Shown piece by piece: positions 38,737 through 42,190 of a stretch of DNA of 42,190 bases; the stretch's first letter is position 1, and each line of letters opens with the position of its first letter. Source of the DNA: Gemmatimonadales bacterium (GTDB lineage: Bacteria; Gemmatimonadota; Gemmatimonadetes; Gemmatimonadales; GWC2-71-9); the NCBI GenBank assembly GCA_030699545.1, contig JAUYMC010000029.1:1-42190 (forward strand), written 5' to 3'. The notes below the pieces were generated by a model that saw nothing but the letters and a program-made list of their open reading frames with translations, had not been told where the DNA came from and searched no databases. Both the position numbers and the translations under genes were made by a program.

Positions 38737-40824
38737 GTGAAGCCGAAGAAGGGCCGCCGCCCGGCGGCCCCCCGCCCCGCTGTGCGCGCCGCTCCGGAAC
38801 CTGCACCCGAGCTGGCACCGCACCCGGGGCACAAGTACCAAATGCGGATCTCGCGCCTGACGATCGACAAGTTGGGTGTGAAGCTCTACGACAAGGTCGC
38901 CGCGGTGCTCGCCGAGCTCGTGGCGAATTGCTACGACGCCGACGCAACCACGGTCCGAATCACCCTGCCGTTCGACACCTACCTCGCGATCCAGCGCGAG
39001 GGCGTCTGGATAGACCAGGGGCACGAGATCGTGATTGAGGACAACGGGCACGGGATGATGGCCGACGAGGTCAACCGGCACTACCTGCACGTCGGGATCA
39101 ACCGCCGGACGACTCGCGGCCAGCAGACGCCGCACGGCCGGCAGGTCATGGGGCGAAAGGGTATCGGCAAGCTCGCCCCGTTCGGCATCTGCCACGAGAT
39201 CGAGGTCGTGACGGCCGGCGGCGCCCGGGGGCCCCAGGGATTCAGGGTCTCGAACTTGATCCTGCGTTACGAGGACATGCTCACCGAGGACGAGGAGCCG
39301 TACAACCCCATCGTGGGCCCGCTCGACGACACGTTCCTCCCGGAGACAGGGACGCGGATCACCCTGCGGCGCTTCGACCGTCGACGGGTCCCAGACGGCC
39401 CGGCGCTCAACCGGCAGCTCGCGGCGCGGTTCGGGCTCGTCCGCCCAGACTGGCGCGTCCAAGTCGTCGACTCGGTCGCTGCGGGCGACACGTTCGTCAT
39501 CGGCGACCTCCCGATCCAGAAGCTCGAGGGAACGGAGATCCGGCTCGAAGATCGCCCCGTACCCATGCCCAACGGGGGGCCCGTGCTGCCGGTCCGAGGT
39601 TGGGTCGCGTACGCCAGCGTCCCGTACAAGGACGAGGCCATGGCAGGCATCCGCATTTTCGCCCGCGGCAAGCTCGTCGCGCAGACCCGCGACTTCGACA
39701 TTCAGTCGGGCTTCACGGGCGAGTATAAAATGCGCAGCTATCTCGTCGGCGAAGTGCACGCGGACTGGCTCGACGAGGGCGACGAGGACCTCGTCCGGTC
39801 GGATCGTCAGGACATCCTCTGGAACTCGGAGAAGGGAGAGGCGCTGCGCGACTGGGGGCAGGCCCTCATCCGTGCCCTTGCCGGGCAGGCCGAAACGTCG
39901 CTCCGCGGCAGGGTCTGGGACGACTTTCTCGAGACGTCACAACTCGAGCGGCGCGTCCAAGAGGCCGCCCCCGACGACCCCGCCTTTCGCGACAGCGTCG
40001 TGCGGGCGGCGAAGCTGCTTGTCGGCCGGAACGACCGCGAGGCGGTCAAGGACGCCGACTACGCGCAGCGCGTGGTCGACTTCGCCTTTGCGGTCGGCCC
40101 GCAGCGCACGCTTCTCTCCGCCCTTCACCAAGCGGCCGACGAGGCCGGGACAACCCTCGACATCGTCCTCGACCTCTTTCACCAAGCTGGCGTCGCGGAG
40201 ACGTACTCGTTGGGCGTTGTCGCCCAGGAGCGCGTCGACGCCGTTGGGCACTTGGAGACGATGATCAGGACCAACGAGACGCAGGAGGCCAAGCTGCAGG
40301 TACTGGTCGAGGGCGCCCCTTGGATCCTACACCCGGAGTGGACGCCGCTCAGCCGTAACGAGTCGCTCAACACCTTCCGCCGGGCGTTCGAGGCGTGGTA
40401 CCGCCAGAGGTACGGCCGGGACATTGTAACATCGGCGATCGAGCATCCAGCGCGCCGGCCCGACTTCGTCTTTGTGCAGGACGAAGGCTTCCTCGAAATC
40501 GTGGAGATCAAGCATCCCGGTCACGCGCTGACGGACGACGAGATGGACCGAGCGTACGGGTACCTCCAGGCTCTCCAACAGTTCTTGGCTGAGAGCCCGG
40601 ACGTGGCCCGCGGTGTAGGCCGCCCGCGCCTCGTGATCATCTGCGATGCGACCACTTTCACGCGCCCGTCGTCGACGGGAGCCTCGCGTGACGCGGACGT
40701 TTCGCTCAGGGCGTGGGCAGGTGTGTTGCACGCGACGATGCACGCGCACGAGGACTTCCTCGCGGCAGTCCGCGGGCGTCGAATCACGCCTCCGCCGCTC
40801 GGCGGGCTAGGCGAAGATGCGTGA
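38737..40824 (+). CDS. GHKL (MORC-like) ATPase with a C-terminal PD-(D/E)xK nuclease
   Basis: ELVANCYDADA, EDNGHGM, MGRKGIGKLA, GTRITL; C-terminal RPDFVF...IVEIK. GTG 38737 behind GGAGG. Confidence 0.88.
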   Translation: MKPKKGRRPAAPRPAVRAAPEPAPELAPHPGHKYQMRISRLTIDKLGVKLYDKVAAVLAELVANCYDADATTVRITLPFDTYLAIQREGVWIDQGHEIVIEDNGHGMMADEVNRHYLHVGINRRTTRGQQTPHGRQVMGRKGIGKLAPFGICHEIEVVTAGGARGPQGFRVSNLILRYEDMLTEDEEPYNPIVGPLDDTFLPETGTRITLRRFDRRRVPDGPALNRQLAARFGLVRPDWRVQVVDSVAAGDTFVIGDLPIQKLEGTEIRLEDRPVPMPNGGPVLPVRGWVAYASVPYKDEAMAGIRIFARGKLVAQTRDFDIQSGFTGEYKMRSYLVGEVHADWLDEGDEDLVRSDRQDILWNSEKGEALRDWGQALIRALAGQAETSLRGRVWDDFLETSQLERRVQEAAPDDPAFRDSVVRAAKLLVGRNDREAVKDADYAQRVVDFAFAVGPQRTLLSALHQAADEAGTTLDIVLDLFHQAGVAETYSLGVVAQERVDAVGHLETMIRTNETQEAKLQVLVEGAPWILHPEWTPLSRNESLNTFRRAFEAWYRQRYGRDIVTSAIEHPARRPDFVFVQDEGFLEIVEIKHPGHALTDDEMDRAYGYLQALQQFLAESPDVARGVGRPRLVIICDATTFTRPSSTGASRDADVSLRAWAGVLHATMHAHEDFLAAVRGRRITPPPLGGLGEDA

Positions 40825-41296
40825 TCAGCTCACGCGCGAGCAGCGGTACCGCGCAATGGTGGCGAACCGTGGCCGCACGGGGCCGGAGCTGGCACTCGCG
40901 CACGCCCTGTGGCGTCGCGGGCTGCGCTACCTGACGGCAGACGGCTACCGGCGCCTTGGCGGCCCCCGACTGTCCGGACACCCCGACATGGTGTTCGCGG
41001 GCCGGCACGTCGTCGTGTTCGTCGACGGCTGCTTTTGGCACGGCTGCCCGCGGTGCAAGGGGATCCCGACCCAGAGCGGGGCGTTCTGGCGTCGCAAGAT
41101 CGAGACGAACGTCGCGCGTGACCGACGAGTCACGGCAGAGCTACGACGGGCGGGTTGGGCCGTGATTCGCGTCCCCGAGCACGCTCTGCGCGACGAAGCC
41201 CGGCTAGCCCGGACGGCCGCGCGCGTCGCCCGTCGCGTCCGCGCGCGCCGGTCGCGTGCGCCGCGCACTTCCTCGAGGCTGATCCCTTGGCGATGA
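40817..41296 (+). CDS. vsr: Very short patch repair endonuclease
   Basis: TGPELAL, GHPDMVF, VFVDGCFWHGCP, FWRRKIETNVARD, GWAVIRV.E. Confidence 0.93.
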   Translation: MRDQLTREQRYRAMVANRGRTGPELALAHALWRRGLRYLTADGYRRLGGPRLSGHPDMVFAGRHVVVFVDGCFWHGCPRCKGIPTQSGAFWRRKIETNVARDRRVTAELRRAGWAVIRVPEHALRDEARLARTAARVARRVRARRSRAPRTSSRLIPWR

Positions 41297-42190
41297 GCCG
41301 ACTGACTCCGAAGGGGTTTCTGCGGCTGCCGAGGACGCCTCGGCCGCGACGCCGGACGGCGGTCTCGCTATTCTCCGGGGCGGGCCTGAGCGACCTCGGC
41401 TACGAACTCGCCGGCTTCAAGTTCCACGTGCAGGTCGAATGGGACGCGCGGCGCGCGGCGATCGGGCAGAGGAACTTCCCGGACTCGACGTGGCTCGTCG
41501 CCGATGTCGGCGCGGCCGCTCGCCGGATCGCGGCGGCGTACCGTCGCAGCACCAAGCGACCGCTCGACCTTCTGACGGCGACGCCCCCGTGCCAGGGCCT
41601 GAGCAGCTCGAATCCGAGCCGCGGGAAGCGCCGCACGAGGGACGGCGCCGAGGCCCACGCCGAGAAGAACCGGCTGATCCTCGCCGTGCCGCCGATCGCC
41701 AGGGCGCTGAAGCCGAGGCTGATCGTCGTCGAGAACGTCAGGCAGATCCTCACGCTGCCGACATCGCACCACGCCGAGGAGCTCGTCGTCGACCTTTTCC
41801 GCCGCGAGCTCCCAGGTTACGAAGTGTTCGAGGGCGTCGTCAACGTGGCGGACTACGGCGTCCCGCAGGATCGCCGCCGCGCGGTCGTCGTCGCGATCCG
41901 AAAGGACCAGCCCATTCTCCGTCGCTTGCAGGCGCTCGGGCTCGCGCCGTGGCCGTCTCCGACGCACGGGGAAGGCCGCGCGCCCTGGGTTTCCGTACGG
42001 ACTTGGCTCGAGGGCGTCGGCTACCAGCGGCTCGAGGCGAGCTCCGAGCGGGCGGCTCGCGGCCGGCACGCGCTGCACCGGGTACCCGCGTACGACGCCG
42101 ACCGCTTCGCGCTCGTCGCCGACATTCCGCCGTACACCGGCCTCAGCGCGTACCACAACGATCGCTGCCGACGTTGCGGCCACGAGCCCG
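41293..42190 (+). CDS. dcm: DNA (cytosine-5)-methyltransferase; runs off the window end
   Basis: Manual translation from ATG 41293: SLFSGAG (motif I), TPPCQGLS (IV), VVENV (VI), YGVPQDRRR (VIII); a CxxC (CRRC) begins at the window end. Confidence 0.93.
   Translation, partial: MSRLTPKGFLRLPRTPRPRRRTAVSLFSGAGLSDLGYELAGFKFHVQVEWDARRAAIGQRNFPDSTWLVADVGAAARRIAAAYRRSTKRPLDLLTATPPCQGLSSSNPSRGKRRTRDGAEAHAEKNRLILAVPPIARALKPRLIVVENVRQILTLPTSHHAEELVVDLFRRELPGYEVFEGVVNVADYGVPQDRRRAVVVAIRKDQPILRRLQALGLAPWPSPTHGEGRAPWVSVRTWLEGVGYQRLEASSERAARGRHALHRVPAYDADRFALVADIPPYTGLSAYHNDRCRRCGHEP

Larger units (their letters stand above)
24160..42190. mobile_element. Integrated genomic/defence island inserted in recQ; extends beyond the window, integrase not seen
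   Basis: Abrupt recQ truncation, repeat motifs at the junction, a switch to patchy composition, pseudogenes and many defence-type genes. Confidence 0.8.

Noticed and set aside
24160-42190. Intact prophage, integron or retron
   Set aside because: No structural phage genes, integrase, reverse transcriptase or regular attC array is visible in the window.

Overview
This GC-rich bacterial window has a gene set and protein style that suggest Gemmatimonadota (inference, not proven). It falls into two parts. 1-24.2 kb is mostly chromosomal backbone: partial pepA, icd, a beta-barrel protein, a stand-alone MEDS protein, tRNA-Leu(CAA), a compact four-gene Calvin-cycle module (red-type, form IE-like cbbL-cbbS-cbbX plus a cyanobacterial/actinobacterial-type prk), an ECF sigma cluster, a TetR-led aromatic acyl-CoA catabolic operon (half-size BoxC-like crotonase, aldehyde dehydrogenase, thiolase, PaaG-like crotonase, short BoxB-like di-iron protein, 3-hydroxyacyl-CoA dehydrogenase), amidohydrolases, rpmA-rplU, an RNase E/G gene and an acyl-CoA dehydrogenase. 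The cbb module has no adjacent cbbR; instead a near-perfect Rex/CRP-type palindrome sits just downstream of its -10 box. At about 24,160 recQ is cut at its GMGIDK motif. From there to the window end is an integrated accessory/defence island: TIR protein, MmeI-like R-M fusion, pPIWI-associated nuclease-like protein, DUF6941-HicA-HicB, Schlafen/AlbA_2 protein, membrane-anchored DUF5677-like protein, AbiV remnant and a GHKL-nuclease/Vsr/Dcm operon, plus several repeat motifs. The best candidates for something new are (i) a CbbR-less, possibly NADH(Rex)-controlled RuBisCO/PRK module, (ii) a BoxA-less hybrid box/paa pathway and (iii) the recQ-targeting defence island. All family assignments come from motif recognition by eye; no searches were run.
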